Assembly: GCA_031520405.1 (NCBI GenBank)
Contig: GCA_031520405.1_4842.1
DNA: 64,000 nt
Source: a phage
Strand: one strand, 5' to 3'
Under the pieces are notes generated by a model. That model saw only the letters and a list, made by a program, of their open reading frames with translations, made no database searches and had not been told where the DNA came from. Positions 10,555 through 20,821 of the stretch are shown one piece after another. How positions within the stretch are numbered: the stretch's first letter is position 1; each line of letters begins with the position of its first letter. Made by a program: the position numbers and the translations under genes.

Positions 10555-11051
10555 TTCAAATATCCTTCTAGACGGAAGCGGTTAATATGCTGTATGATAA
10601 AATCCATAGAGTTTTGAAAACTGTATTTCCCCTGATGCTCATATGCATGAATAAGGGGAAGACGGCTGTGGGCCAATTGGAATCTCAACTTGGATGGCAT
10701 TGTCAGCAATTTTTGACTCGTCGCTGCGATAATGTCTCGTTTAAATTTGGGATCATCAGGGGACAATACAACGATGCGTGACTTGGCCAGGGTTTGTCCA
10801 AATTGCTTGGCGTCGTTCCCGTAAAGACTACGCAAGTCGTCGTGGCGATATTTTAGCCAATACCAGTAGCCTTCTAACGAATTGAAATTACCATCAACAG
10901 TATCCATGGGATGGTATGCAAAATGGGAAAGGAATCTGCCTAGTTCTGTGCGGCTTCGACTGTATATGTTGTAATGGGTCTTGCCTTCACTATCCGGCGT
11001 CATACGTTCTTTTGGAACATTGAGTAATGGGAGCATGATATAGGGTCTCAA
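10551..11051 (-). CDS. hypothetical protein
   Basis: 166-aa ORF. Confidence 0.4.
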   Translation of the reverse strand: MRPYIMLPLLNVPKERMTPDSEGKTHYNIYSRSRTELGRFLSHFAYHPMDTVDGNFNSLEGYWYWLKYRHDDLRSLYGNDAKQFGQTLAKSRIVVLSPDDPKFKRDIIAATSQKLLTMPSKLRFQLAHSRLPLIHAYEHQGKYSFQNSMDFIIQHINRFRLEGYLK

Positions 11052-11077
11052 ATCAAAATTGCTGTGTGTGAGTTAAA

Positions 11078-11269
11078 TCAGATCTTTTTGTACGCTTTCA
11101 AAGCACTAATAACCGAGACGCCGCCAAATAGAACTAACAATATGAATCGTTCCATCCTAAAATCAGGAAGGGAAAGCAGTCCCACAAGGCTGTCTAAAGC
11201 AATCATGAACGTTACTCCAGTCAGCATGCCCAACTTAAAGGAGTTGGAACCTCTTTTGCAACGTAGCAT
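11078..11269 (-). CDS. small membrane protein
   Basis: 63-aa ORF with two hydrophobic segments, same strand as neighbours. Confidence 0.3.
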   Translation of the reverse strand: MLRCKRGSNSFKLGMLTGVTFMIALDSLVGLLSLPDFRMERFILLVLFGGVSVISALKAYKKI

Positions 11270-11315
11270 AAATCACCTCCGATTCAAATGGGGAGTTCTC
11301 TCCCCACACAGATAT

Positions 11316-11825
11316 CTAGCCCAGAAATACTACTAAAGTCAAATTTGTGAGACTGGTCCGAGCATCCTGCAACATTTCACGGGCAGCGGCTAAACGTTTT
11401 ACATCATGTAGAGTGTCAGAGAACACGATTATGTTAGCCTTATCGATCCTGGTCCCCATGAAATGGGTGATTGTCGTCGTGCTCTCTTTCTTGTCGACAT
11501 CAGGGATAAGTAATTCTTCGCCCGTCTGAGGGTTGCGGGAAGGATAGAAGAATGCATCACGTTCACGAGAAGTATGGAAGACGCCAAACACATATGCGTC
11601 GTTTTCGACCTGAAACTTTTTAGAAAGTAGTTTCTTCAGAGCGGCTGTATGTCCGGTCTGGCGGAGCATTCTGTAGTAGAGCATGTTGCCGGAGCAAATA
11701 GGGTCTATCACTCCCCTAATTTGACGTTCCTTTTGTATCTCATACGCATCTGCCACAAGCTGCTGGATCATATCGACATGGGCATTCATGGAGATTTCTA
11801 TTTTACGTTTGATCATAGATTGCAT
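11316..11825 (-). CDS. hypothetical protein
   Basis: 169-aa ORF. Confidence 0.4.
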   Translation of the reverse strand: MQSMIKRKIEISMNAHVDMIQQLVADAYEIQKERQIRGVIDPICSGNMLYYRMLRQTGHTAALKKLLSKKFQVENDAYVFGVFHTSRERDAFFYPSRNPQTGEELLIPDVDKKESTTTITHFMGTRIDKANIIVFSDTLHDVKRLAAAREMLQDARTSLTNLTLVVFLG

Positions 11826-11889
11826 TTGGTATATCCTCAGTTAGGTTCCGCTCATGGGGAACGGGTCCATTATACACCCAATGCTGGAA

Positions 11890-11912
11890 ATGAAAAAGAG
11901 GCCGAAGCCTCT
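11890..11912 (-). terminator. rho-independent terminator
   Basis: hairpin agaggc-cgaa-gcctct then U-tract on minus strand, directly after stop of 11913..12134. Confidence 0.5.
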
Positions 11913-12134
11913 TTAATCGTCGTATTGGCCTGTCCTGAAATTCCATTTTCGCGCCTTGGATAAATCCAAATCTTTGAAAATGCTGCCAAAGATCTTTTTA
12001 AAATCAGACTCTTCTTCAAGATCTTTTGGTTTTTTGACAGGCTCCTTAACCATACCGCCTTCGGGTTTCCCCACATCGGCGGTCGTGGTTGCCGGAGCAG
12101 AAGAGTCTTCAAGGAAATCCTGGAAGCTCTTCAT
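11913..12134 (-). CDS. hypothetical protein
   Basis: 73-aa ORF. Confidence 0.35.
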   Translation of the reverse strand: MKSFQDFLEDSSAPATTTADVGKPEGGMVKEPVKKPKDLEEESDFKKIFGSIFKDLDLSKARKWNFRTGQYDD

Positions 12135-12137
12135 AAA

Positions 12138-12959
12138 TTACACCACAGCCATTTCACAACGAGTAGACGTGACAGAATGGCCATCTGCATCAGAAACAAC
12201 ACACCAATATTCGCCTTCATTTGCGGCTTCAACTGCTGTGATAACCAGGTTAGCAGTGGCGGCGGTGGCATTAGTGCCAGCATCGATAACTGACCCCGCA
12301 CCCCCAGGAGTATCAGAGAAATGCCACACATAAGTGTATGGAGTTGTACCGCCCGCAGCAACAACACTAAAGGTTCCGTCTTGTCCAGAAGTCACGTCTT
12401 TGGTGGCAGGTAAATCAGTCGACAGCGATAGAGCGCCTGCAACTGTAATAACCGTAGAATCTGTGTGATTCCCTTCAACCGTGACACCATAAACCGTTAC
12501 AGTTCCTGAAGCCAGCAATTTGAATTTACCACCACCGACATGTACAGCTTTCGTAATATCACCAGAATACCAATTAACGCCTTGATATGTGGCATTGGCA
12601 GGGGATACCGTCGCTAGCAATTCAACAAATTGTCCGATCTCTCCGCTGGCTGTAGCTGGAGTAATCACAAGTCCGGTGGTTAAAATAGCATTCGGATCGT
12701 GGATTTCATAAGATACTTGAAAGCCGATAGGCTTGGTGGGATCCACTTTGGTGACACCGTCCGCTTGTAAATTGCTCTTGGTGAGCAGAGCGTCAAGACC
12801 TTTACATTCGGTCAGGATCTCATCAGGATCTTGGTTGAGGCTGGTCTTTTGCCAACCCTTTGCAACACCCGTCACGACATGATTGCGTTCGGTTTCGGGT
12901 TTGTTGCGGACAACTTCCGGTGCGACTAATACTGTGATTGTTGGCATGGTTTCCTCCAC
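12138..12959 (-). CDS. Ig-like domain protein (Hoc-like decoration candidate)
   Basis: beta-rich S/T/G-rich repeats and I-set-like motif EGEYWCVVSD. Confidence 0.5.
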   Translation of the reverse strand: MEETMPTITVLVAPEVVRNKPETERNHVVTGVAKGWQKTSLNQDPDEILTECKGLDALLTKSNLQADGVTKVDPTKPIGFQVSYEIHDPNAILTTGLVITPATASGEIGQFVELLATVSPANATYQGVNWYSGDITKAVHVGGGKFKLLASGTVTVYGVTVEGNHTDSTVITVAGALSLSTDLPATKDVTSGQDGTFSVVAAGGTTPYTYVWHFSDTPGGAGSVIDAGTNATAATANLVITAVEAANEGEYWCVVSDADGHSVTSTRCEMAVV

Positions 12960-13318
12960 TCATCCAAATCGTTGTTCAGAGCCATCATCAGCTCATTATC
13001 TGGTTCGTATGAACCGGAACATAAATCATCTCGCCAAACTCCTAACGTCAACAGCGCTGCTTTAAGACGAGGATGTTGGTTCTTATCCGTTTTCAACACC
13101 AACATTCGGCACACGGCTTCGGTTTCAAAGGTATTGAAAAGAATAATCAATTGATTGATAAGTACTCGAGGACTTTTCCCTGGCACAAATCTTTTCAATG
13201 ATTGATTAATTAGCGAAATTCGCTGAATGTCTACCATCAAATCATCTCTTGAGACACCAGGGGTGATATAATGTCTTAGAGCGTACTCCATCAAATTGCT
13301 TTCGTCAACGATAGCCAT
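12926..13318 (-). CDS. hypothetical protein
   Basis: 130-aa ORF. Confidence 0.35.
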   Translation of the reverse strand: MAIVDESNLMEYALRHYITPGVSRDDLMVDIQRISLINQSLKRFVPGKSPRVLINQLIILFNTFETEAVCRMLVLKTDKNQHPRLKAALLTLGVWRDDLCSGSYEPDNELMMALNNDLDEWRKPCQQSQY

Positions 13319-13350
13319 ATTGAATTATAATCAGCAGTTATACACTGGGA

Positions 13351-13764
13351 TTATTTAATCTGCAGTTTTTCAGCCAATTGCGAGATTATTTCATTACGGT
13401 CAGTCGCGTCGATACCCAGGGGTTCCGCAAGTGTTTTAAGATCATTGATATCGAGCAAAAGAAGAACTTCAACTGTAATATCGGTTGATACCACAGTACC
13501 TGGTTTCATCGGCTTACCGAATTTATCTAACCCATAACGGCGCAAAGTTCCGGCAAGTCCGGTGAGTTCCTCTAGAAGCTCCTTAGAGCCGTCTTTATAT
13601 TCACACACCCAACCGTAGTCACCAGCGTAGACAATACCGCCGTCGCCGCCCTGAGGCACGTTATCCACCACGCGTTGCAGATAACTGGGAAGTTTATTTT
13701 CTTCCTGTGCAGTGATTTCTTGGATGGTTTGGGTGTTTTCAATTTTCTTTTGTGTCTTCGCCAT
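13351..13764 (-). CDS. hypothetical protein
   Basis: track ORF 13351..13860 trimmed to internal Met to reduce overlap. Confidence 0.35.
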   Translation of the reverse strand: MAKTQKKIENTQTIQEITAQEENKLPSYLQRVVDNVPQGGDGGIVYAGDYGWVCEYKDGSKELLEELTGLAGTLRRYGLDKFGKPMKPGTVVSTDITVEVLLLLDINDLKTLAEPLGIDATDRNEIISQLAEKLQIK

Positions 13765-14038
13765 GATCAGTTCTCCTATAGACTGTAATATATTTACCAC
13801 AACAATTGCAGCAATAAACATGCATGGAATATCCGTCGTCGTTAAAGTCACAGCCGCCACAACGACAAAATAATTTCACGAACTGGTCGCCTATGACTTC
13901 TCTCGGAGGAAAATTCCTGAACGAGTATTCCTTGAGTTCTCCATCAAATTGGAATGAATCAACAAGGAACTTTGTTTTTCGGCGCAGTGATCCAAATGCC
14001 TGTTGCTCATACACGAAGTAAACATCTCTGGTTTCCAT
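13739..14038 (-). CDS. Cys-rich small protein
   Basis: 99 aa with CRCGGC and CCNCC clusters. Confidence 0.35.
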   Translation of the reverse strand: METRDVYFVYEQQAFGSLRRKTKFLVDSFQFDGELKEYSFRNFPPREVIGDQFVKLFCRCGGCDFNDDGYSMHVYCCNCCGKYITVYRRTDHGEDTKEN

Positions 14039-14091
14039 ATCGACCTCAAAGAAAAGGAGGCCGAAGCCCCCTCTTTTATGTCAGTTCGCGG

Positions 14092-15675
14092 TTACTTGTA
14101 TAGACCTTCAACATCAATGGATTTATGTTGGCGGTTGTATTCCGTGGTGTAATCGTCTAATACCAGATATTCACAGCAGCGGATTTTACTGGAGCCATAA
14201 TCATCAGTGATAGACACGATATCTTTCGGGTTCAGTTTGCAACGGACAACGCGTTGTCCCAGGCTACCAAAACATTGTTTCAGATAAGCCAGAGAACAAA
14301 CGTGAAGACCGTAAGAGCACAGATCTTTGTTGTTATCGTTCACGAATGAGCGAGCCATCCGAACAATGGTGCCAGGAGCATTACTAACTTTTCCTGTGCG
14401 CTTGTCCATGTAGTTACCGCGAACGGATTTATACAGGATGATATCACCGTCTTCATGAATTTCGATATCCGAATATGCCATGAATTCATAGATTCGACCG
14501 GACTGAACCAGCGCGGCGCTCGGGTTTTGGAACATTTTGTCCAGGAAACGACCCAAGCGTTCCAAGTTCGGATAATCGCCTTTTAATGCCAAAGCCAAAA
14601 TGCGTTTGGCAACGGAAGTTCCGGTGATATCATAGCCACCCCAGCGAACACGATTGTCTGAAAGGTCAACCATGCCTGTGGTGAATTGTTTGATGGCTTC
14701 ACGCGGTTTCATCAGAGTGTACGCTGTTTTGACGTCACGATTTTTAATCGCTTCAACAATACGGTCATACGCCTGGTGGCTCGTTGTGATCGTTTCCGGT
14801 TTACCATCAACCACGATCACGATACTTTCCGGCAAAATCATGATCTGGTGTTCGTTCAGGAACACAGACAGATCTTTTTCATTAAATGAATTCTGAGTTT
14901 GCTTGTCGCCTGTTTCTCCAACAACTGCAACAGTCTTGACCACGAATAATACGGATGACAATGCCAGACGAAGTGTACGGCCTAAAATTACATCAAAGTA
15001 ACCCACGCGCCGACGGGCATCAAGGGAACCGCGCATCGGGTATGTTTCGCCGTCATGTTGTACACTGATTACCACGCCATCATTGACTTTGGTAACGCCA
15101 TCAACCAGTGCTGTCGCCAATTCGGCCAACGGCGAAATATTTTCTTCATTGAAGCGGCTTGACCGAGTTTCTAACGGTTTCAGTTCTTCGCTTCTGAAAA
15201 GTTTGGCCTGAATAGCAGCAGAGCTATCGTAACGCATACAGATAAACACTGTTTGGTTTTCCAGGAAACGGCCAACATACCATTCTTCGCCTTCAGAATC
15301 GACAGACACCGAACCTTCCAGAACTTCATAGGTGTCGGGGATTTTCCCTTCTTCAGTCAATTCTTTAATTGGCGAAATCACGACCACGTTATTAGATTCT
15401 TTGATGATACGAACCATCAGGGCGCGGGCAATTGTTTTGGCACTGACGCCATAAACTGATGCCAGAGAAGAATTGCTTTCACCTTTGCTGCTCTTGGTTT
15501 GTATTTCTTGAATCTGTTCAGTGGTCAGAGACTTAATCGAAGCCGGATCCACTCCCAGTTCTTTATCCGACACGCGTTGTATCATTGAGCGCGGTACGCC
15601 CAATTCACTGGCTATTGAACTTTGACTTCTGTTCTCATTCAACAGCTTGAGAATACGTTTTTCTATAGCATTCAT
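14092..15675 (-). CDS. rIIB: rIIB protein
   Basis: C-terminal block GLHVCS...RVV...VSI matches T4 rIIB; sits immediately downstream of rIIA. Confidence 0.75.
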   Translation of the reverse strand: MNAIEKRILKLLNENRSQSSIASELGVPRSMIQRVSDKELGVDPASIKSLTTEQIQEIQTKSSKGESNSSLASVYGVSAKTIARALMVRIIKESNNVVVISPIKELTEEGKIPDTYEVLEGSVSVDSEGEEWYVGRFLENQTVFICMRYDSSAAIQAKLFRSEELKPLETRSSRFNEENISPLAELATALVDGVTKVNDGVVISVQHDGETYPMRGSLDARRRVGYFDVILGRTLRLALSSVLFVVKTVAVVGETGDKQTQNSFNEKDLSVFLNEHQIMILPESIVIVVDGKPETITTSHQAYDRIVEAIKNRDVKTAYTLMKPREAIKQFTTGMVDLSDNRVRWGGYDITGTSVAKRILALALKGDYPNLERLGRFLDKMFQNPSAALVQSGRIYEFMAYSDIEIHEDGDIILYKSVRGNYMDKRTGKVSNAPGTIVRMARSFVNDNNKDLCSYGLHVCSLAYLKQCFGSLGQRVVRCKLNPKDIVSITDDYGSSKIRCCEYLVLDDYTTEYNRQHKSIDVEGLYK

Positions 15676-15707
15676 CTTGTAGTTCTCACTGTGGGGTAAT
15701 GGGGCTA

Positions 15708-18449
15708 TTATGCCCCGAGAATACGTTTTGAAATAGCCTTCACAAATCTAGTGGCATCTTCAATCGCGTTGTGTGCCGAAGGCTGATATGTTGACATCAT
15801 GAATTTCACCAAACGATGACATTCAACTCGGTATCGGTTTTTGGCCTTTTGCTTTTGAGATATAGTGCTAGTGACCTTTATCTCATCAAATCCTTCAGCA
15901 GTTAATTTTTCATTCAATAAATCAACAACTTGAGTTAACTGGTTACAGGCGCGGAAAAATCTCGTAGTTGAGAAAGGCATTTCTATATGATAATGTAATT
16001 CCTCAACAGCCTTGCGGAAATAACCGTACCCCGATCCAGACGGATTTCGTTTGGCCAGCATACGAACAATCTTCCATTCTTCTTCAGTGATTTGTTGTTT
16101 CGCATAACTGATGATTGCTTTTGCCCTGTGTTGATGATGGGCATAGCCATCCGTAACTTTTCCATGGGAATCAATCAACAGCTTGGCACCATAATCAATG
16201 CGATGAGACATGATGTTTATGCCCTTGCGAAGTTTCAGGAGTTTCTTAGATTCAAGCGCCTGAAATTCATCTTTATAATGCTCAAGCAACATATCAAACA
16301 CTGCGTCAATGGGGATGAATACTTCTGGGAATTTCTTCATCATCGGAACAGATTTACGACGCGCAAGAACGATTGTTGGATGTGCTCCCAGCAAATCAAA
16401 CAGGTTTTCGTTTCCATTCTCGCCGAACTTCGTTCTTTCCATCGCTTCACGCAAATGTCCAGCCGCGGATTGTCGTAAGGTATTACCATGAATTTTATGG
16501 ATACCTTCTCGGCCAGATACTTCGATATATACGATCTTTTTGCCCGAATCAATAATATCTGAAACGGTTTTTCCATCTAATTCATAAACGCGGTCGAAGT
16601 TAAATGAATTGTAATGGAAACTAAACATCCCAGGATCTTTTTCAACGGTCGGGCGAACATATTCCATTTCATGCATGAAATAGACTTCATCCGGATTGAA
16701 TAAATCGCCAAAGACCTCGATCAGTTTATCGGCAAAGACCAGGTAGTCCGGCGTTGTTTCTTGTACACCGATCCATGATTCAAAATAAGACTTCAATTCC
16801 TCATGGTTGGTAAATGATTCTTTATGTGCCGCCAGCTGATTCCGATTACTGAAATAATTTTCATTCGGTTTGACGACGATAACGACATTGAAGTTATTGC
16901 GTGCTGTTTGTATCTTCAGGTTTCGAGCACGATTCGAGTTATCAATAATAACAGCAATTTTTGATTTAGATTTCAACCAATTTCCGACAGAGTTCACATA
17001 AATGCTGTCGTGTACTACACCGTTGTCGTGTACTTCAATTTCGTAAGGACTACCAATAGACCGGAAAGGTGCATCCAAAGAGTAATCGCGCACGACGTCC
17101 GGCGCTCCGATATAACGGAACGTGCCTTTGTAGAAACGGTTATCTGCAGGAAATTCTCGCTCCACTAATTTACGGAAACCGCTACCGAACATATCGGTCA
17201 ATTGAGCCTTCTTCATATAAAGCATAAGAGGACCCATAGATTCGGCCTGGCGAAGTTCATACATCTTCGCCTGCATAATATTGTCAGCCACATATTTGAA
17301 CACTCGGTTCAGGCTTTCACGGGTGAACTCGTCATATGACAAGTCTTCACGTGATGGAGGAACATTCAATTCTCCAAGTTCGAAGAAGGTATAGGAACTC
17401 GGGAATTTTTCCAGCACGGTGCATATTTCAGAGTCCAATTGGTCGAGATCTATCGGGTAAGAAACCCCGCCCATGACAGCATAGTGGATGTTGTCGGAAT
17501 CTGACTTCGGTTGGATATATGTGTTACCTACACGGTTTTCGAAGTTGATGTCAGACCAACGGAAAGAATAACTGGCGTTTTCAACCTTCGGTCGCATTGA
17601 AGGTCGCATCACTCGACCCAAACGGACCAACTCTTGTTCAAAGGCGGTAAACCGCTGATTCTTTACAGGAACTTTAACAGTCAGGCCGTTGAACTCATCA
17701 GTGTCCTCCGGTTTAGGATCACGGGTATCTAAATCCTTGGTAATGAGATCCACAGTTGGGATTCTGTCCGCATTCAGATACATCAGGAAACGATACAGTT
17801 TCCCTTCATAGCGACTTTCTACTGTAAATGAATCAGATACAGCAAATGGGGATTTAGAACCTAGCCCAAACGCCCCTATTTGCCCGTCGTCGTCCTCTTT
17901 TGTACTATGGAAGAGTGTTGTATACAAACCAGGTCCACGAATGATCTCGCCATCCTCAGCGCGGAATACCAGTACCCCATTATAATAACCAGGTGTACCA
18001 ATAACAGCAGTGCTATCAGGGATTTCGTCTTCCTTCACGACGATATTACCTTCAACCAGCACTTCATCTTCACGCGCTGTAATAGGCTCGCCGATGATCA
18101 TTTCTAATGGAAGACCAACCCCATAATCTTTAATTTCCAGCCAGGGTTCCATAACATCCGGTAAATGTACAACAACAGGAGTTCCCTTGGGGGCAAGATG
18201 TTTGCTGTATCGTTGAGGCATAGGAGTGAGAGGAGCATAATGCGATGGCATCCAGCGTTGTTGGCGATCACGCATATTATGTGAGTCTATACCATTACAC
18301 AACGTCTCACGCAAAGACGCCGCCTCTTTATATTTGTAGAGACTTGAAAATAATGTTTCAAATAATTTATCCGTCATCTTGACATTGAATGTCTGTCCGA
18401 CGATGGTAGAAGAAGAGCGCACGAAATGCTCGGACTTGCGCATTTTCAT
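15708..18449 (-). CDS. rIIA: rIIA protein
   Basis: 913 aa; N-terminal GHKL-like ATPase N-box (LCNGIDS); position upstream of rIIB as in T4. Confidence 0.6.
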   Translation of the reverse strand: MKMRKSEHFVRSSSTIVGQTFNVKMTDKLFETLFSSLYKYKEAASLRETLCNGIDSHNMRDRQQRWMPSHYAPLTPMPQRYSKHLAPKGTPVVVHLPDVMEPWLEIKDYGVGLPLEMIIGEPITAREDEVLVEGNIVVKEDEIPDSTAVIGTPGYYNGVLVFRAEDGEIIRGPGLYTTLFHSTKEDDDGQIGAFGLGSKSPFAVSDSFTVESRYEGKLYRFLMYLNADRIPTVDLITKDLDTRDPKPEDTDEFNGLTVKVPVKNQRFTAFEQELVRLGRVMRPSMRPKVENASYSFRWSDINFENRVGNTYIQPKSDSDNIHYAVMGGVSYPIDLDQLDSEICTVLEKFPSSYTFFELGELNVPPSREDLSYDEFTRESLNRVFKYVADNIMQAKMYELRQAESMGPLMLYMKKAQLTDMFGSGFRKLVEREFPADNRFYKGTFRYIGAPDVVRDYSLDAPFRSIGSPYEIEVHDNGVVHDSIYVNSVGNWLKSKSKIAVIIDNSNRARNLKIQTARNNFNVVIVVKPNENYFSNRNQLAAHKESFTNHEELKSYFESWIGVQETTPDYLVFADKLIEVFGDLFNPDEVYFMHEMEYVRPTVEKDPGMFSFHYNSFNFDRVYELDGKTVSDIIDSGKKIVYIEVSGREGIHKIHGNTLRQSAAGHLREAMERTKFGENGNENLFDLLGAHPTIVLARRKSVPMMKKFPEVFIPIDAVFDMLLEHYKDEFQALESKKLLKLRKGINIMSHRIDYGAKLLIDSHGKVTDGYAHHQHRAKAIISYAKQQITEEEWKIVRMLAKRNPSGSGYGYFRKAVEELHYHIEMPFSTTRFFRACNQLTQVVDLLNEKLTAEGFDEIKVTSTISQKQKAKNRYRVECHRLVKFMMSTYQPSAHNAIEDATRFVKAISKRILGA

Positions 18450-18521
18450 AGTATAGAATTCCTGTTCAGATCAAAGAAGAACACATTATTGGGTAAGGTT
18501 ATGATACTGGCGGGTGGTTCA

Positions 18522-18547
18522 ATAGAAAAGCCTCCAATCGGAGGCTT
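18522..18547 (-). terminator. rho-independent terminator
   Basis: hairpin gcctcc-aatc-ggaggc with U-tract on minus strand. Confidence 0.5.
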
Positions 18548-18556
18548 TAATCAGGA

Positions 18557-18910
18557 TTAACTTCCCTGAACGTTTACAACGGTGGCGTTGAAATTGAATA
18601 TCGGGTGGGTGGCACCTGGCTCTAACGTCTCTTCCAGATAACCCACAATATTGCGTGTCACAGATTTCGGCTCTGCGCGGGAAGGCTTCGTTGCGCCGAG
18701 GTCAATAATGCTCGAAGTGACTTGTTCAACCTGAGTGTGATTGACAACAAAATGATAACGACTACCGAAGGCCGCAACTTCAACTTCTGTTATTTCTAAA
18801 CCACTCAATTCAGAGCTGTTCAACTGCTTCACATTCAATTGAGAGCGGAGGTGCTCTACAATATTGCTGTAAACATATTGTGGTGTGATCAGCTGTTCAA
18901 TAGAACTCAT
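18557..18910 (-). CDS. hypothetical protein
   Basis: 117-aa ORF. Confidence 0.4.
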   Translation of the reverse strand: MSSIEQLITPQYVYSNIVEHLRSQLNVKQLNSSELSGLEITEVEVAAFGSRYHFVVNHTQVEQVTSSIIDLGATKPSRAEPKSVTRNIVGYLEETLEPGATHPIFNFNATVVNVQGS

Positions 18911-19078
18911 GACATATCCTCATTTCTTTGGGGGTTTATTGTTACTTAAACGGATCACCTCTGCTCGAAGGAAGAGGATTTCATCGGCCATCATTTTACC
19001 TTCTTGAAACATAACATGACATCGTGTGATCTGGGTTCACCTTCCGATAATGCGTGAAGGCGATATTCGGGGATGACA

Positions 19079-19306
19079 TCATTTACGGCGTTTCTTTTTG
19101 TTCTTTCCATGGGTCTTGGCCTTTTTAGGACGACTGACGGAAGGACGAGCATGCCCAGGTTCCCCAGGGGTACACCCTTGTGCATAACGATGATCATCCC
19201 AGAGACGACCATTATGCGTCATATCTTCAGCCATGGCGGACAAAGCAAGGGTTGCTACAGCCGCAGCAGATAATGGTTTAGACATTTGTTTCTCCTTTTG
19301 CTGCAT
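19079..19306 (-). CDS. small basic protein with signal-like N-terminus
   Basis: 75-aa ORF; competes with overlapping ORF 18991..19212. Confidence 0.25.
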   Translation of the reverse strand: MQQKEKQMSKPLSAAAVATLALSAMAEDMTHNGRLWDDHRYAQGCTPGEPGHARPSVSRPKKAKTHGKNKKKRRK

Positions 19307-19724
19307 ACGACAGAGCTTTTACGATCATAACAGCCAAACCGATAGGATCGTATGCATTGTCGAATTCTTGTTCTATGTTCTGACGAATTTCATCAGAAGA
19401 TTGTACTTCAGAGCAGTTCTTACTCTGTCTGCGTTGCTCTTGCTCGACTAGATCTTTGAACAGAAGGTCTTTGAAAGAATACTCATCGAAGTTTTCAAGA
19501 TACCGTTGGATGCTTGGTTGTTTTACATCCATCGTTTGACGCAAATTGCTAATAGTTGAACTTGCCTGTTCGCGGTGTTTGTTCATAACAGCAAAGTTAA
19601 CGGGCTTGCCCCAAGCATTCATCACTGGATTAGAGCATACTTGGCCAAAGAGATCTTGGAAGGCATCATCCATGTGGATCAACGCAGTGGCCAATTCCTC
19701 ATAAGTCGGTTTTTGAGTAGTCAT
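19278..19724 (-). CDS. hypothetical protein
   Basis: 148-aa ORF. Confidence 0.4.
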   Translation of the reverse strand: MTTQKPTYEELATALIHMDDAFQDLFGQVCSNPVMNAWGKPVNFAVMNKHREQASSTISNLRQTMDVKQPSIQRYLENFDEYSFKDLLFKDLVEQEQRRQSKNCSEVQSSDEIRQNIEQEFDNAYDPIGLAVMIVKALSYAAKGETNV

Positions 19725-20098
19725 TTTCGTTTACTCCGATTTTTATATTTCTTAGCCTGACGTTTATGTTGGGCGGCTCCATATAGGCGCGGCGGCTTTT
19801 GATAACGTTGTGACGCAATTATGTCTCTGTCATCGGCTTCACAATACGAAATATCTGCCTTCCGTAACTGAGCCACCGCTTGAGATACCAAGGTTTTGCG
19901 TTCACTTTCTACCAGATCATCACAAATTATCATGCGTTCACCTGGTTCACAACAACGTTTAGGAATATCGTCTACACTGATACATTCTACTTCAACACCT
20001 TTCAACTTTTCTTGAAGGATAATGGCCATAGTCCGAGCGCCGATTCCTCCTCCAATAATCGCTATCTTTCTTGTCTTGTCTGTCATGTTCTTGCCCAT
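19721..20098 (-). CDS. Rossmann-fold protein (GxGxxG)
   Basis: IAIIGGGIGA motif; track start 20116 lies inside a terminator/promoter hairpin so an internal Met was chosen (uncertain). Confidence 0.35.
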   Translation of the reverse strand: MGKNMTDKTRKIAIIGGGIGARTMAIILQEKLKGVEVECISVDDIPKRCCEPGERMIICDDLVESERKTLVSQAVAQLRKADISYCEADDRDIIASQRYQKPPRLYGAAQHKRQAKKYKNRSKRK

Positions 20099-20115
20099 GA
20101 AAAGGGGATAGAGCA

Positions 20116-20142
20116 ATAATACCCTATCCCCATTTATTGAAG
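20116..20142 (-). promoter_or_regulatory. box-hairpin module: TTCAATAAA-N11-TATTAT with -10 in hairpin loop
   Basis: minus-sense TTCAATAAA, 11 nt, TATTAT; arms ggggatag/ctatcccc; U-tract follows. Confidence 0.45.
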
Positions 20143-20147
20143 AACTA

Positions 20148-20570
20148 TTAGTCTTCCGAACCTACAACCCCACCACGCAGATCCTGTGCTGGCTTACCAT
20201 CAGGTGCCATGACATAGATGGTATTGATAGTCTCAAACCAAGACAATAAATCAACTCCTTCGGTGTATGGCGTTACCGGAACAGAAGTTTTGATTTCTTT
20301 CTGTTCATCCTTCAAATCCGGATGACTTCCCGATAGGGTTAACCAAGCGAATCTTCCATTGGGATAAATAATGCCTTCTTTGAACATTACAATCTTTTTG
20401 CGAGGATTATTGGCTTCACCCAGGCACACCACCAGATGATGGATCATTTCGGGGCGCGTCAACAACGTGTCGTCACGGATAATGCCCTGCTTGACAGCAG
20501 AGATTACCACTTCATCCAGCAACGCCTGTTGCTGTTCCAGCTTCAGGGATTCAGTGAGTTTCACGCTCAT
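20148..20570 (-). CDS. hypothetical protein
   Basis: 140-aa ORF. Confidence 0.4.
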   Translation of the reverse strand: MSVKLTESLKLEQQQALLDEVVISAVKQGIIRDDTLLTRPEMIHHLVVCLGEANNPRKKIVMFKEGIIYPNGRFAWLTLSGSHPDLKDEQKEIKTSVPVTPYTEGVDLLSWFETINTIYVMAPDGKPAQDLRGGVVGSED

Positions 20571-20574
20571 GATA

Positions 20575-20772
20575 TCAGCCTTTTAAGTTAAGAATTTCAC
20601 CAAGGACAGCGTGCAAATGCTTTGCAGATTCAATGTCCAACAGAATGGTGTCATAAAGACGCCCGTTGTCATCACTCCCAACCTGCTTTATCACCACTCC
20701 CCTGGGGTCTAAGCTCACCAAAGTTTCCTTGGCAGGCGTCGTGTACACAGAGCTAAATTTATCAGTGGGCAT
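20575..20772 (-). CDS. hypothetical protein
   Basis: 65-aa ORF. Confidence 0.3.
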   Translation of the reverse strand: MPTDKFSSVYTTPAKETLVSLDPRGVVIKQVGSDDNGRLYDTILLDIESAKHLHAVLGEILNLKG

Positions 20773-20821
20773 AACAGAACCTTACTCGGTTTGGTTAGCT
20801 CCAGTTGGAGCTAACTGTGAA

